64,000 nt of DNA from Octopus vulgaris (GCA_951406725.2 OX597830.1:19902001-19966000), one strand, 5' to 3'; shown: positions 38,715-52,745, numbered from the stretch's first letter. A program made the numbers and translations. The notes: generated by a model not told the origin, from the sequence alone.

Positions 38715-38800
38715 AATCCAAACGGGAAAACAAAAAAACAACAACAATGGAACAATTACAGTATTATTATTAATAGGCGCTCAGGAAATGGAAGCAGGAG

Positions 38801-38836
38801 GGTATGACGTTTCGAGCGGAGCTCTTCGTCGGAAAC
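38801..38836 (-). ncRNA. Minimal hammerhead ribozyme variant (family G copy)
   Basis: GUUU CCGACGA A GAGC-UCC-GCUC GAAA CG UC AUAC. Triplet GUC, with one helix I mismatch. Confidence 0.6.
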
Positions 38837-39889
38837 ATAAAGAAGGAAGAGAGAGGAAAGAAAGATCCCAAAGCGGGCAACAGGGATAGAGAAAAAAACG
38901 ACTGGTGTTTACGAGTTACACATGGTGAAAGGCGGAAGTTTACGATAACAAGAGCAAAGTAGGTTTTTAAAGGCAAAAGAGTGGAAACAAGGTTGGTAAC
39001 GCAACAGATGTGTGTGTATGTGTGAGTGTGTGCGTGTGCGTGTGTGTATGTGTGTGTGTGAGGCGAGATAAAAAAACAAAAAATATATGTATGTGTTAGT
39101 GTGTGCGTCTGTGTGTAGGCGTGTGAGGTAGGGCGAGACAGTGGTAGGCATAGCAGACACTGGTCAGTAGTAAGAAAAAGAAGGAAGGAGGAAGGGAGGG
39201 AGGGAGGGGAAGGGGTGGGGGCGTATGTAGCGTGCCAGCGTGTGTTGAGTAGTAGTGTGTGTGTGTGTCCAGTGTCGTGGTAGTATTAATGGCGAGTAGA
39301 TTGAATGTGTGTAAGAGTAATGTATATATTTAAGCAATGTGTGTATATGTGTGCGCGCGTGTGTAACAAAAAAGGGGGGGTTAAGGAAAAAGGACTCCAG
39401 CTGAGGGGAAGATGGAAGAGTGGTCCCGCGGAGACGGGCGTGGGAAAACCCAACGACAAGCGACGGTCCCAGGAACGAGTGGGAGGTCTCGTCGGGTCCA
39501 AGAGCGAGGTGCATGCGGCGCGTATGCGTGCGCGAACCGGCGCAAGCGCGTGTGTGCGCGCGCTTGCGAGTATGCGCGTAAGTGTGTATGTGTGTGGATG
39601 TGTGAGTGTGTCTGTGTGTATGTCTGGGTGTCAGTGTGTCCGATGAAATGTATGTGAGTATGTGTGTATATATGTGTGTGCATAGATGTATGTCCGTGTG
39701 TGTGTGTGTGTGTATGTGTATGAGTGTGTATGTATGTGCGTGTGGGTGTGTGGAAGTGTGTGTATGTGCATGTGTGTGCGCGTACATACAGGTGTGTGAG
39801 TGAGTGTGTGTGTGTGTATGTATGTGTGAGTGTATATATACATATATATATACATATATATATAAATATATATATACATATATATATAA

Positions 39890-39954
<65 letters not shown>

Positions 39955-40245
39955 TATATACATTCATATATACATCTATATATAAATATACACACACACA
40001 TATATATATATATATACATATATATATACATACATATATATATATATATAAATATATATATACATGCATATATGGGTGCAGGACGTCCCCAACGGTGCAA
40101 ATAGCATACACATCGCAAAAAATTGCTACTCAGAGTTTCACATTCTCGTTCGTTGGGCAGTTGTGGTCATTCTGTCTGTTTGTTTATCTATCTATCTATC
40201 TAGCTAGCTAGCTAGCTATCTATCTATCAATCCATCAATCAATCA

Positions 40246-40328
<83 letters not shown>

Positions 40329-40345
40329 AATCAATCAAGCAATCA

Positions 40346-40431
<86 letters not shown>

Positions 40432-40433
<2 letters not shown>

Positions 40434-41092
40434 GGGCGTCGACGAGGAATACCCGACCCTCCTATTCAAGACGACTTTCGGATCGGGACCTATGGACAAC
40501 TTCCAGTGATCCCTGGCCTGGCAGTGCTACCGAGAAGCGCTACCCGTTCGGGATAAGCTCTACAGGCATGGCTCGAGAAACTCGGGGTCGACCTGCCCGA
40601 GATGCGGTCGGAGCGACGAAACCGTTCTGCACGTACTTGTACAGTGTCCAACCATTTCCGACCTGTGGGCCTGTGTCGAATGACTGCCAACTCGTGTGGG
40701 ACGAGTCAGTTTATCAACTGAGTATCTCGTGAATATTATCGCGCCTCCTTCCTTGAAACGGGAATGTTTATGGTGGACGCTTCTGAAACGTCTAGAGACA
40801 AACACTTTCCTCCCTGGTGAATCTCTCATCAAATTCTCCAAGAACCACTTGAAGAGGAAGGTGATAGTAGAGAGCTGAGTTTCGTCTAGTGAATATTTAA
40901 AAAAAAACAAAAGACAAAAAGATGGGGGAATGTAGCAAGGATGGCACGTGTGAATGACGGAGTCACCTTGAGCATAATCCTATAAACCAGAAAAAGAAAG
41001 GAAAAAAAGGGTGACTTACTGTAATGTGTTTTTTGTATGACATTATTACCCGAGGTTACCGTGGTTTTTTTCGTAGGCTTTTCTTTCCTCGG
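40432..41092 (+). mobile_element. Tx1/L1-like LINE 3' fragment inserted in (ATCT)n
   Basis: Frame 40432-40878: ...[25 protein letters not shown]...[25 protein letters not shown]..., a zf-RVT CCHC pattern with two internal stops. (ATCT)n lies on both sides. Confidence 0.88.
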
Positions 41093-41186
41093 ATCTATCT
41101 ATCTATCTATCTGTCCATCCATCCATCCATCCATCCACCCATCCATCCATCCATTTATCTATCTATCAATCTATCTGTCTGTCTAG

Positions 41187-41227
<41 letters not shown>

Positions 41228-41255
41228 GCATGCACGCATATATACGCACATATTT

Positions 41256-41525
41256 GAAGGCGCCTGGCCTAGTGGTTAAAGCTTTGTACTCTACGATCGC
41301 TAGATCATCGTAGGTCTGATTCTCTGACCGAGCTGCGTTCCTCAGCGAAACACATCGTTCCACGTTGCTCCGGCCCACTCACCTGCAAATGGGTAACACT
41401 GCGACGGACTAACCTTCCCGTCCGGGGGAATGTTGGTCTGGTCGCATTCGGGGGCTGAAACGCCGCAAATCGCATTGTGACCAGTGATGTAAGGCAACGT
41501 CCGATAGTCTGGTCGATCACGCGAT
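41256..41525 (+). mobile_element. SINE family C-related variant
   Basis: GAAGGCGCCTGGCCTAGTGGTTA head and CACGTTGCTCCGGCCCACTCACCTG, followed by a different 3' tail. Confidence 0.7.
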
Positions 41526-42369
41526 ATGTATATAAATACGCATATATAATTATATATACAAATGTGTATGGTTGTGTATGTGTGAGTGTGTGTGTATGTG
41601 TGAGTGTGTGTGTGAGAGAGAAAATGTGTGTGTGTGAGAGAGAAAGAGAGACAGAGAATATGTATGTGAGAGAGAGAGAGAGAGGATGTGTGTGTGAGAG
41701 AGAGAAAGAGAGAGAGAGAGAATGTGTGTGTGAGAGAGAAAGTGAGTGTGAGAGAGAGGGAGAAAAAGAGAGAGAGAACGTGTGTGCGCATGTGTGTGAG
41801 AGAGAGAAAGAGAAAGGATGTGTGTGTATGAGTGTGTGTGTGAGAGAGAGAAAGAGAGAGAATATATGTGTGAGAGAAAGAGATACAGAGAATGTGTGTG
41901 TGTATGTGTATGTGTGCATGGTGTGCGTGTGTGTGTGGTGTGCGTGTGTGTGTGATGTTTGAGTGTGTGTGTGGTAGGTGTGTGTGTTTGTACATATAAA
42001 GATTTAAAGTAATGTCTTACGAGCTGCAATCTTATTTCACAATTTATACAGACCTTTAGAGAAACATCCCAATTTATTAAGTTTTATTGTGTTCATCCTG
42101 GAAAAGGACAAAAGAATAGAGAAAAACCAATTATCCAGTCGAGTAAGGTGTAAGATACAGATGAAAGGGAGTAGTAGGAGGAATGGGAGGTAGGAGTGGA
42201 GGGAAAGTGAAGCGATGGAAGCTCCATACAATCTCTTTCCCTTGTTTGGAGAAAGTAGGAAAAAAGAACGGGAAGAAAGCGTAAAATGGGATTTGAAGAA
42301 TATTGAATTAAAAATAGTGTATGTGCGTGTATTGGTGGTGGTGGTGGTGGTGGTGAGGGGAGCACCTTG

Positions 42370-42540
42370 TGGTATTTCTTCCGGGCTATTTACGTTCTGA
42401 GTTCAACTACAGCCGAGGGTCAATTTTTACCTTTGATCCCTTCAGGGTCGGTAAAAATAAAGTACCAGTTAAACACTGGAGCAGATGGTTCCGAACAAAT
42501 CTCCTCCGCTTGAAATTTCTGACGCTGTGCCGAAATCAGA
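42370..42540 (+). mobile_element. SINE family A (old, diverged)
   Basis: TACGTTCTGAGTTCAA...GATCCCTTCAGGGTCGGTAAAAATAAAGTACCAG. Confidence 0.7.
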
Positions 42541-42574
42541 AGTCACTACTACTAATACTACTACTACTACTACA

Positions 42575-42643
<69 letters not shown>

Positions 42644-42724
42644 GTCATCATCAGCATTATGATCACTCAAAGATAAAACACTTTAATTGGAGAATCTAAA
42701 AAGAAAAAGATACTCCACCCTAAA

Positions 42725-42760
<36 letters not shown>

Positions 42761-42761
<1 letters not shown>

Positions 42762-42915
42762 TTTATTTAAAGCAGCAGAAAATTCAACAAAGCCTGTTAC
42801 TCTGAATTTCCCGTTTCCGTTCGTCGGACAGTTTCTAGCAAAAACTGTCCGACGAACGGAAACGGGAAACTCAGAGTAACAGGTTTTGTTGAATTTTCTG
42901 CTGCTTTAAATAAAG
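42761..42915. mobile_element. Fold-back (about 73-bp arms) pseudo-LTR with an HHR motif in each arm
   Basis: Near-perfect palindrome. The plus arm at 42845-42882 reads CUGU CCGACGA ACGGAAACGG GAAA CUCAGAG UA ACAG. Confidence 0.8.
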
Positions 42916-42985
42916 CATATTACTCTACCACTGGTATTTGAGTACTCTTTTTTTCCACCTTGTTTCACATTTATGTGTTTACTCC

Positions 42986-43063
<78 letters not shown>

Positions 43064-43194
43064 GCAATAATAAATCTCTGAGCGAGGTACAACCAGCTGG
43101 AGGAGTTGTCCTCCTGGGGCTACAAGCTACAGTAGCATCCAGCCTTAAGTGTTAGCCACATTTAAGTGGCAAATATACTTCACGATATATATAT

Positions 43195-43380
43195 ATATTT
43201 GAAATTTATAGAGAAACAAAAGACGAAAACAGGTGTATGAACAACAAACATGTGTATTAGTTTGACGCTTGGGAAAATGAAAAGGTCTTTTACGTTTCGA
43301 GCCAACGCTCTTCAGTAGAAAAGAATAAAAGAAAAGAAACAGATAGAGAATGAAAAAAAACTTGTAGATTTAGCGGTTTG
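43195..43380 (-). mobile_element. Family F repeat with degenerate HHR at 43286-43324
   Basis: Minus strand reads CTTTTCTACTGAAGAGCGTTGGCTCGAAACGTAAAAGAC. Confidence 0.65.
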
Positions 43381-43724
43381 CAATGTTACAGGCTAAAGGC
43401 AGAAATATGTTCGTCACTGAAGTGTGAAAGGACATTAATCAGAACCGGTATTGCTAGAAATAAGAGTCAAAACAACTTAACAGCCACGGAAAGTACTATC
43501 CTAATGGCTGACAAGAGAGGCAAGCTCCCTTCAGCAGCAGGCATAGCCAGGTCATCGAGGATTTCACATTTTGATGCATACGCATCTTAATGCTTATCAG
43601 CAAACAAAAGATCCATGACCACCACGACGACGACGACGACCACCACCACCACCACCACCACCACCACCACCATCACCCCCACTAACACTACCACTACCAT
43701 TAACATCACCACCACCACCACCAC

Positions 43725-44030
43725 CATGGGGTTTGAATAATTCACCTCTGGAAACATGGGTGTTTCGTTCAACATCCTTAAAAAACCTCTATTCAGAGAC
43801 CTTTTGAGCGAGATGGGCTACTCGACCTGAAGAAAATTCTAACTGGGCCCCACCTGCAAAGTCATGTGCTGTTTATCTTGATATGAAATCACCATGTCGC
43901 GTACATATAGTTGTGATGTATGTGCCTAGTGTACCCTTATCAGTGTACCCTTATCATGATGGGTATACTGGGCTTCGTATATTTTACCTCAGTGTCACTT
44001 TGATGGCATGTACTGCTCTCTCACTCAATA
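43725..44030 (+). mobile_element. Dispersed repeat family D, ending in (AAT)n
   Basis: Matches the reverse complement of 21898-22180. The 3' end CTCTCACTC is followed by (AAT)n. Confidence 0.82.
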
Positions 44031-44042
44031 ATAATAATAGTA

Positions 44043-44102
<60 letters not shown>

Positions 44103-44105
<3 letters not shown>

Positions 44106-44370
44106 TTGTTGTATTTAGGAATGGTCATTTTGCCAGTTTAGCCAATAAAAACACACGCACTATATATTTGGTGTTACTTTGCTTCAGCGTTATCTATTTA
44201 TTACGGCCAGAGTTCTTTCGTCACACTCCTGTGACCGCATCAGTGGTCCTTTGCTTTCTTCTTTCTTATTTGTGTGTCTCTCCTTACTTACGGTCAGCCA
44301 TTTTGATACAAAATGCGTGTGTTTTTATTGGTTGAACTGGCAAAATGACCATTCCTAAAAACAACAATAT
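44103..44370. mobile_element. Inverted-repeat element (57-bp arms) with an internal decayed HHR
   Basis: 44103-44159 pairs with 44314-44370 (3 mismatches). Minus strand 44205-44249 reads GGACCA CUGAUGC G GUCACA-GGAG-UGUGAC GAAA GAAC UC UGGCC. Confidence 0.78.
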
Positions 44371-44423
44371 CTGTTTCAACACACGATTTCACATCAAAAA
44401 TCTTGCAAAACAAATATATAAAC

Positions 44424-44478
<55 letters not shown>

Positions 44479-44504
44479 TAATAATAGTAATAATAATAAT
44501 AATA

Positions 44505-45535
44505 ATCCTTTTCTACTAAAAGCAAAAAATGGAAATTTAGTTGCGAGGTAAACAATTACATCGACTCCAGTACTTGGATAGTACTTTATTTTATCGACCC
44601 CGAAAGGATAAAAGGCAAAGTCGACCTCGGCGGAATTTGCACTCAGAACGTAACGGCAAGCGAAATACCTATTCCTTTACTACCCACAAGGGGCTAAACA
44701 CAGAGGAGACAAACAAGGACAGACAAACAAATTAAGTCGATTATATCGACCCCAGTGCGTAACTGGTACTTATTTAATCGACCCCGAAAGGATGAAAGGC
44801 AAAGTCGACCTCGGGGGAATTTGAACTCAGAACGTAACGGCAGACGAAATACCGGTAAGCATTTCGCCCGGTGTGCTAACGATTCTGCCAGTTCGCTGCC
44901 TTAAACTCACTGCCTTAATGATGATTTCAAATTTTGTTACAAGGCCAGCAATTTTGGGGGAGGGGGCACATCGATTACATTGACCCCAGTGCTCAACTGC
45001 TACTTATTTTCTCGACCCTCGAAAGGATGAAAGGCAAAGTCGGCCTCGGCATAATTTGAACTCAGAATGTAAAAACGGACGAAAAGACGCAAGACATTTT
45101 GCCTGGTGTGCTAACGGTTCTGCCACAGCCTGGTCTTAAGGTACAGGGTCTGAAATTTTGGGAGGTGTACTGATTTCATCTACCCCAGTACATGACTGGT
45201 ACTGATTTTATCGTTCTCCGTAACAGTGATAGGCAAAGTTGACCTCGGCGGAATTTGAACTTCGAAGAAATGCCGCAAAACACTTTATCCGAATTACTAA
45301 AGGTCCAGCCAGCTCGCTAATAATAATAGCCCTTTCTACTCTAATCACAAGGCCTGAAATTTGGGGAAAATGGCTAATGATTTCATCGACCCTAGTTCTT
45401 GGCTGGTATTTTTTTTATCGCCCTCCAAAAGAAAGAAATGCTAAATCGACCTTGGTTGGAATTTGAACTCAGATTGTAAAGAACTGCTAAGCATTTTGTC
45501 CGACTTGCTAATGGTTCAGCCAGCTCGCCGCCTTC
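44505..45535 (-). mobile_element. Cluster of about 5 SINE family A copies
   Basis: AAAGTCGACCTCGGCGGAATTTGAACTCAG-like blocks near 44620, 44805, 45040, 45240 and 45445. Confidence 0.88.
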
Positions 45536-46084
45536 ACAGCATTTAAAATATAACAAACTTTGCAGCCATCGCCGCTGTAATTATGTATACTTCACCGACA
45601 TCAGAACTAACACTAATGCTACCTTCATAACGAAACGACCATCGCTATCGCCATGGCACAACTCCCCCCTCCAGACTACCACCAGTCAATTGCCGGCATG
45701 ACGATCACCACCGCCACCACCAGCATCTAACAAGACCACCACCAGCACTGCCGCCGCTGCCGCAGCCGTTGTCGCTGCCGCCGTCATAATTACCAACCCA
45801 CCGCCATTTAACAAACACACCACTTCATTGCGAAACAGCCATAACTACATTCGCCGTCACTATCAGACATCCCAACGCCGGCACCGCCACCGCCTTCTGC
45901 CTAACGACCGATATTACCATCAACAAAAACATCACCAACGCCGCCGCCATCAACAACAGTAACAACAACAACAACAACAACAACAACACTCTCATTAACA
46001 CATTTTGACATTCTATTTCAACTGTGGGTTATCTGAGCCAATCAAATTTTATTACTTTTAGACAGTGTACGATTATATATATAC

Positions 46085-46116
<32 letters not shown>

Positions 46117-46129
46117 ATATATATATACG

Positions 46130-46185
<56 letters not shown>

Positions 46186-46605
46186 TTATATACATACATA
46201 AATGATACACATTTATATTAACATGTATATATATATATATATGCATACACACGCACATACGAGAGTATGTGTGTATATATATAAATATATATATATGCGT
46301 GTGGTGGGGTGTCTGTGTGAGCAGTTGCATGTGTTAATGTTTGTACACGTTCACTCGTATATATAAACGAGTATATCAAGCATGAATACATACATTTTCA
46401 ATACACGCACACACACACGCACGCACACATATGTACATACATAATATATATATATATATATAGAAGAATACACACACACACACACACACATACAAATGTA
46501 TACATATACAGACGCACATTCTCAGACACACAAACATGCACTTAACCATGTAAAAAATATTTTAAGATGTGTTTTATGTGGTTTCTTGGCTTATATTTGT
46601 ATAGT

Positions 46606-46667
<62 letters not shown>

Positions 46668-46909
46668 AACGTGTGAGAGAGCGTGTGTGTGTTCGTGTGC
46701 GTAGTAGAAAACATAGCAATCTAATTGACGCCATATTTATTCAGTGTATTTATACACAAAAGCTTTCCTCGCCATATGTGTCTTTGTATGGATGTATGTA
46801 GATATATGTATGTATGTATGTATACTTGTGAGTGGACATATATATTTATATAGACACACATATCACACATATAAATATTGTGTATGTTACAATTATTGTG
46901 TGTTAGCAT

Positions 46910-46942
<33 letters not shown>

Positions 46943-47124
46943 CATACATGTAAGTATATGTATGTGTATGTGTTTGTAAGAATATGCGTATGTGAGTATG
47001 ATTCTGTGTGTGAGTGTGTGTGTGTGTGTGTGTGTATGTGTGTGCGTGTGTGTTATAAGCAAGGCAGCATTTCTCTGTCTTGCATTTAAAATGCTGATAT
47101 ACATATGGGACATGTGATATCTAT

Positions 47125-47211
<87 letters not shown>

Positions 47212-47402
47212 AGATAAGTGTCTGTCTGCCTAATTACCTATCCAACCAGCCGTACATCTTCCATGTAGCTACACGCATACACTGTGTGTACGTGTGTGTG
47301 TGTTTGTGTGTGAGTGTATATATATATATATACACACACATACACACACACCTATTTATACATATACATATATACATACGTATATGTATTCGTATATAAA
47401 GA

Positions 47403-47465
<63 letters not shown>

Positions 47466-47532
47466 CGGCATATATCTCTCTATACCCACACACATATATA
47501 TATACATACATATATATATATATATCCATGTA

Positions 47533-47588
<56 letters not shown>

Positions 47589-47667
47589 CATATATCTCTA
47601 TACACACACACACACATATATATATATACATATATATATACATATATATATATGTGTGTATATATTT

Positions 47668-47699
<32 letters not shown>

Positions 47700-48012
47700 A
47701 ACATTTCATATCCATATTTCTTATGTATGATAGCTTTCCATGGTAAATGCAGTAGTATCTTCATCGTAAGTAGAACTGTTGGCGCTTGATGTAGTCTTGG
47801 AGATGGTGGTGGCGAAGTAATGGTTTCGGTGATAGTGGCTGTGGTGTTAGTGTTGGTGGTAGTGGTGGCGATGCGGTGTGAGTGTTGATGTTATTGCCTT
47901 TTTTTTATTTTGTTTGACAGCTTTTAATCAAAATATCACTCTCTGCAGTTCTTTCTCCAACCCTCTCCGTGAGTGTTTACACACCACACACACACACACA
48001 GACACAGACACA

Positions 48013-48060
<48 letters not shown>

Positions 48061-48146
48061 AACACACTCGTACACATATACACACACACATATATAAGCA
48101 TCTGTATGTGTATGCGTGTGTCTATATGTATATGAGTGTACGTAAG

Positions 48147-48186
<40 letters not shown>

Positions 48187-48290
48187 CATATATGTAAGTA
48201 AGTATAAAACTATATATAACTGTATATTATATATAGATTTATGAATATTCATATATAAACATACCTATGTTCTTATATATATGTATATAC

Positions 48291-48337
<47 letters not shown>

Positions 48338-48483
48338 TATATACATATATGTATATAAATATATATATATGTACATATATATAACGCATAAACATACGTA
48401 TGTATATATATGTATTTATATATGTACATATGTATATGCATATATATATATGTATATATATAGATATATATACATATATGCGT

Positions 48484-48530
<47 letters not shown>

Positions 48531-48627
48531 TATACACGTATATATATGAGGTATGACATGTTTGTGAACTAAATGGAATATGTGTATACTAAATGCCATA
48601 GAAAAAGAAATATATGTATATATGTGC

Positions 48628-48669
<42 letters not shown>

Positions 48670-49075
48670 GTGTTTGTATATTTATTCGTATATATTATAT
48701 CCTAGTGCACTACCTTTGTAAATATATATGCAGTTTTAGCTAACTATAAACAGAGAACTAACTGTTTGTACTGAAAATTTGTCTGTGTATCTGCAGAAAA
48801 ACCCAGAGCAGTGTCACTAATTTCTAGTAGTAACATTTCTCTCCACCATCAAGTTATCAGCTAAATGTTATTTGTAGTGACCACACGATCAAAATTCTTT
48901 ATATACTTTATAAAGTAATACATGTTACTAACATATGTGTGAACGTCAACGGACTGCTTCTTTTTTGTTCTTTCCCTGATGATGGTATAAGAAGACAAGA
49001 AACTTTCTCTTGTCAACTGACAGATATGTCGCACTTGCACATATGTTTGTATGTTTGTGTGCGCATGTATGTATT

Positions 49076-49138
<63 letters not shown>

Positions 49139-49417
49139 TGCTTTGCGGGACGGACTATTTCAACGAAGTCGCGTATTGTCCTTGCCTTCGTAACGTGGAG
49201 TAGATGAAACAAGGACAACTGATGAAGGGAAATATTCTTTATGTTGCATGTCTCATTTTTCTGTTTGCTTTTTTTTCGTTGTTCGAAAAAAAAGTTCGTT
49301 TTCTATGTTTTTGTTTTTGTTTTCGTTTCTCATTGGGCTCAACGTTTTTTTATGTCCTGTACCCATATATGCATGTATATATACATATATATGTAGATAT
49401 GTAGATATATGTATATA

Positions 49418-49471
<54 letters not shown>

Positions 49472-49530
49472 AATGCATGTATACAAGTATATATATATAC
49501 ACACACACACACACACATACATATATATAT

Positions 49531-49678
49531 AGGCGCAGGAGTGGCAGTGTGGAAAGAAGCTTGCTTCCCATCCACACGGTACTAGGCTTACAAAGAATAA
49601 TTACTAGTGTCAATTTGTTCGACTAAAGGCGGTACTCCAGCATGGCCGCAGTCAAATGACTGGAATAAGTAAAAGAAT
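49531..49678 (+). mobile_element. SINE family B, internally deleted
   Basis: Head GGCGCAGGAGTGGCAGTGTGG is joined directly to the tail GTACTAGGCTTACAAAGAATAA. Confidence 0.85.
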
Positions 49679-49680
49679 AT

Positions 49681-49726
<46 letters not shown>

Positions 49727-49730
<4 letters not shown>

Positions 49731-49926
49731 GTAAATACAATATGTGACAATTATTCGGATGCCGAGGTGGAAATCCACACCAACATCTCTTCAGTTGTCC
49801 GGCCATCGGAAAACGCCGATGGCCACATAACTGAAGAGATGATGGTGTGGATTTCCACCTTGGCATCCGAAACTCAGAGTTTTAATCTTGGCTACCGAAT
49901 AATTGTCACATATTATATTTACAGAT
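49727..49926. mobile_element. Fold-back pseudo-LTR with an HHR-like motif at 49826-49885 (+)
   Basis: Palindrome centred on GGCCATCGG-AAAACG-CCGATGGCC. The right arm has UAA CUGAAGA GAUG...CAUC C GAAA CUCAGAG UU UUA. Confidence 0.78.
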
Positions 49927-49988
49927 AAATTCCTCTATTTACATAATATTGAGGTCTCTTTCTTTCTTTTGTTATCTTACTGTTTTTA

Positions 49989-50062
<74 letters not shown>

Positions 50063-50072
50063 TGTATGTATG

Positions 50073-50146
<74 letters not shown>

Positions 50147-50147
50147 C

Positions 50148-50178
<31 letters not shown>

Positions 50179-50198
50179 TTTATAGATTTGATAGATAA

Positions 50199-50260
<62 letters not shown>

Positions 50261-50797
50261 GTACAACACACACACATACACACGCACACACAGATACATA
50301 TGTGTCTTTGTCACTGTGTATGTTGTCTGCGTGTCTGTCTGTGTCTCAGTGTGTCCGTGTATGTCGTACCAAATCAAGCATGATGGACTAATAAGAAAAA
50401 TATGAAAGATTGAGATTCAGAAACACCAGACGTTTGGGTAATTGCGTTTGAAACCATATCTGTTTTTTATCAAACGCAAACACACACACACACATGCACA
50501 CACAACCTCGAGGGACTTTCTCGCAGCTTCAGTTTTCTATATTTCGCAACACATGCTGCAGTTATAACTGTTTGCGGGCCAAAGACAAAAGACTGACGCA
50601 CTGTGTCCCAAGAATCACGTCTGACATCCTCTCGCCAATAATTTCACAATACCGTTTATTTCCTTGACTGAGAGAATGTCTGATACGTATAAGAAAAAAC
50701 AAAAAAAAAAGGAAATATTCGTTTCAAATTTTGACAGAAGGTAAATAATTTCGAGCGTAGGGCAGATCGATTATATCGACCTTATTGCTCAACAGGT

Positions 50798-51313
50798 TGG
50801 TGGAGGCGCAATGGCCCAGTGGTTAGGGCAGCGGACTCGCGGTCGTAGGATTGCGGTTTCGATTCCCAGACCGGGCATTGTGAGTGTTTATTGAGCGAAA
50901 ACAACTAAAGCTCCACGAGTCTCCGCCAGGGGATTGTGATGACCGCTGCTGTAATCTTTCACCACAACTTTCTTTCACTCTTTCTTCCTGTTTCTGTTGT
51001 ATCTGTATTTCAAAGGGCCAGCCTTGTCACACTCTGTGTCACGCTGAATATACCCGAGAACTACGTTAAGGGTACACGTGTCTGTGGAGTGCTCAGCCAC
51101 TTGTACGTTAATAAATGAGCTGCGACGTCACTGGTGCCAAGGTGTATCAGCTCCTTTGCCTTTCCCTTGGATAACACTGGTGGCGTGGAGAGGGGAGGCC
51201 GGTATGCATGGGCGACTGCTGGTCTTCCATAAACAACCTTGCTCGGACTTGTGCCTCGGGGGGTAATTTTCTAGATGCAATCTCACGGTCATTCATGACC
51301 GAAGGGGGTCACA
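50798..51313 (+). mobile_element. SINE family C long variant with a 14-bp target-site duplication, nested in a family A copy
   Basis: ATTGCTCAACAGGT at 50784-50797 and 51314-51327. A-box TGGCCCAGTGG and B-box GGTTTCGATTCC. Confidence 0.92.
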
Positions 51314-51319
51314 ATTGCT

Positions 51320-51682
51320 CAACAGGTACTTATTTTATCGACACCGAAAATAGTTTAAAGGCAAAGTCAACCGCGGTGGGATTTGAACTCAAAAAAAAAC
51401 GAACGAAATCTCGCTTGGCATTTTGTCTAGCATGCTAACGATTTTGCCAGTCCACCGCCTAAAATGTAAAAATATTCCTTTCTACTATGAGCCTGAAATT
51501 TTAGGAGAGGTGTCTAGTCGATTACACCGACCCTAGTGGTACTCAACTGGTACTTATTTTATCGACCCCGAATTAATGAAAGGCAATGTAGAGTGCGGCG
51601 AAATTAGATCTCAGTACGTAAAGACGGAGGAAATGCCAACAAGCATTTTCCCGGTGTGTTAACGATTCTGCCAGCTCTCCCC
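51320..51682 (-). mobile_element. Two diverged SINE family A copies
   Basis: GGTACTTATTTTATCGAC...GCTAACGATT(T/C)TGCCAG-like blocks occur twice. Confidence 0.8.
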
Positions 51683-52181
51683 ATTAAAAGGTGGAATATC
51701 AAATAAGCAAAGACCGTATTATTGAAAGAAAAAGTAAATGTGTTGAAGTATTTGGAACCGGAAGTTCATGTTAGTTCACCGGAAATTATCAACATACAAC
51801 GGTCTTCCTTTGGAATCAAGAAGGACCTTTGTGCTCTTGTTGCATATGCTAGAAATGATACACAAATATCCCTCAAATCGCACACTGCCATCTTTAAAAA
51901 ATAATAAATTAAAACGCCTGTGACTTAGCAATTTGGCAATAGATACCGATAGAATTAGCAGCAAACTTTAAAAATTAAGCACTGGTGTCAATTTCTTTGA
52001 CTGAACCTTTCTAGGTTGTGCCCCAGCAGGGCCGCAATCCCCTGACTGAACAAGTACAAAATTAAAAGATAAAAAACATATTAGAAAATTTCGTTCCAGG
52101 CATTTTAATTTATTAGTTTTTAAAGATGGTAGATGGTGCGATTTGAGGGAGATTTGAGTATTATTTCTAGCGTACGCAGCA

Positions 52182-52247
<66 letters not shown>

Positions 52248-52248
52248 G

Positions 52249-52350
<102 letters not shown>

Positions 52351-52689
52351 CAGATAGATAGATAGATAGATTTGTAGATTGATGGATAGTTATTTATACA
52401 CGAAATGGATGAACCAATTATGATCTGTATGTTATATTCCACACACACACACACACATATAAAGTCATCAACACCATCTTCTACGCCACCATCCATCAAC
52501 AAATACCACCACCACCATCACCACCACCACCACCACTACCACCATAATATACGGTCATTCAGCCTGCTAGTTTAATTCTACCTCATTCAAGCTGTATGTG
52601 TCTTTATAAACACAAACGTTCCAGCCGTGGCCATTTGGATTTTTTTCATTTTTGTTTTTTCTTCAGATAAATATCTTTCTTTCCTCGTG

Positions 52690-52735
<46 letters not shown>

Positions 52736-52745
52736 TCTTCTTCTT

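Noticed and set aside
49214-49245. CTGATGAAGGGAAATATT as a hammerhead
   Set aside because: There is no helix II, helix I is poor, and the related copy near 38036 lacks the core.
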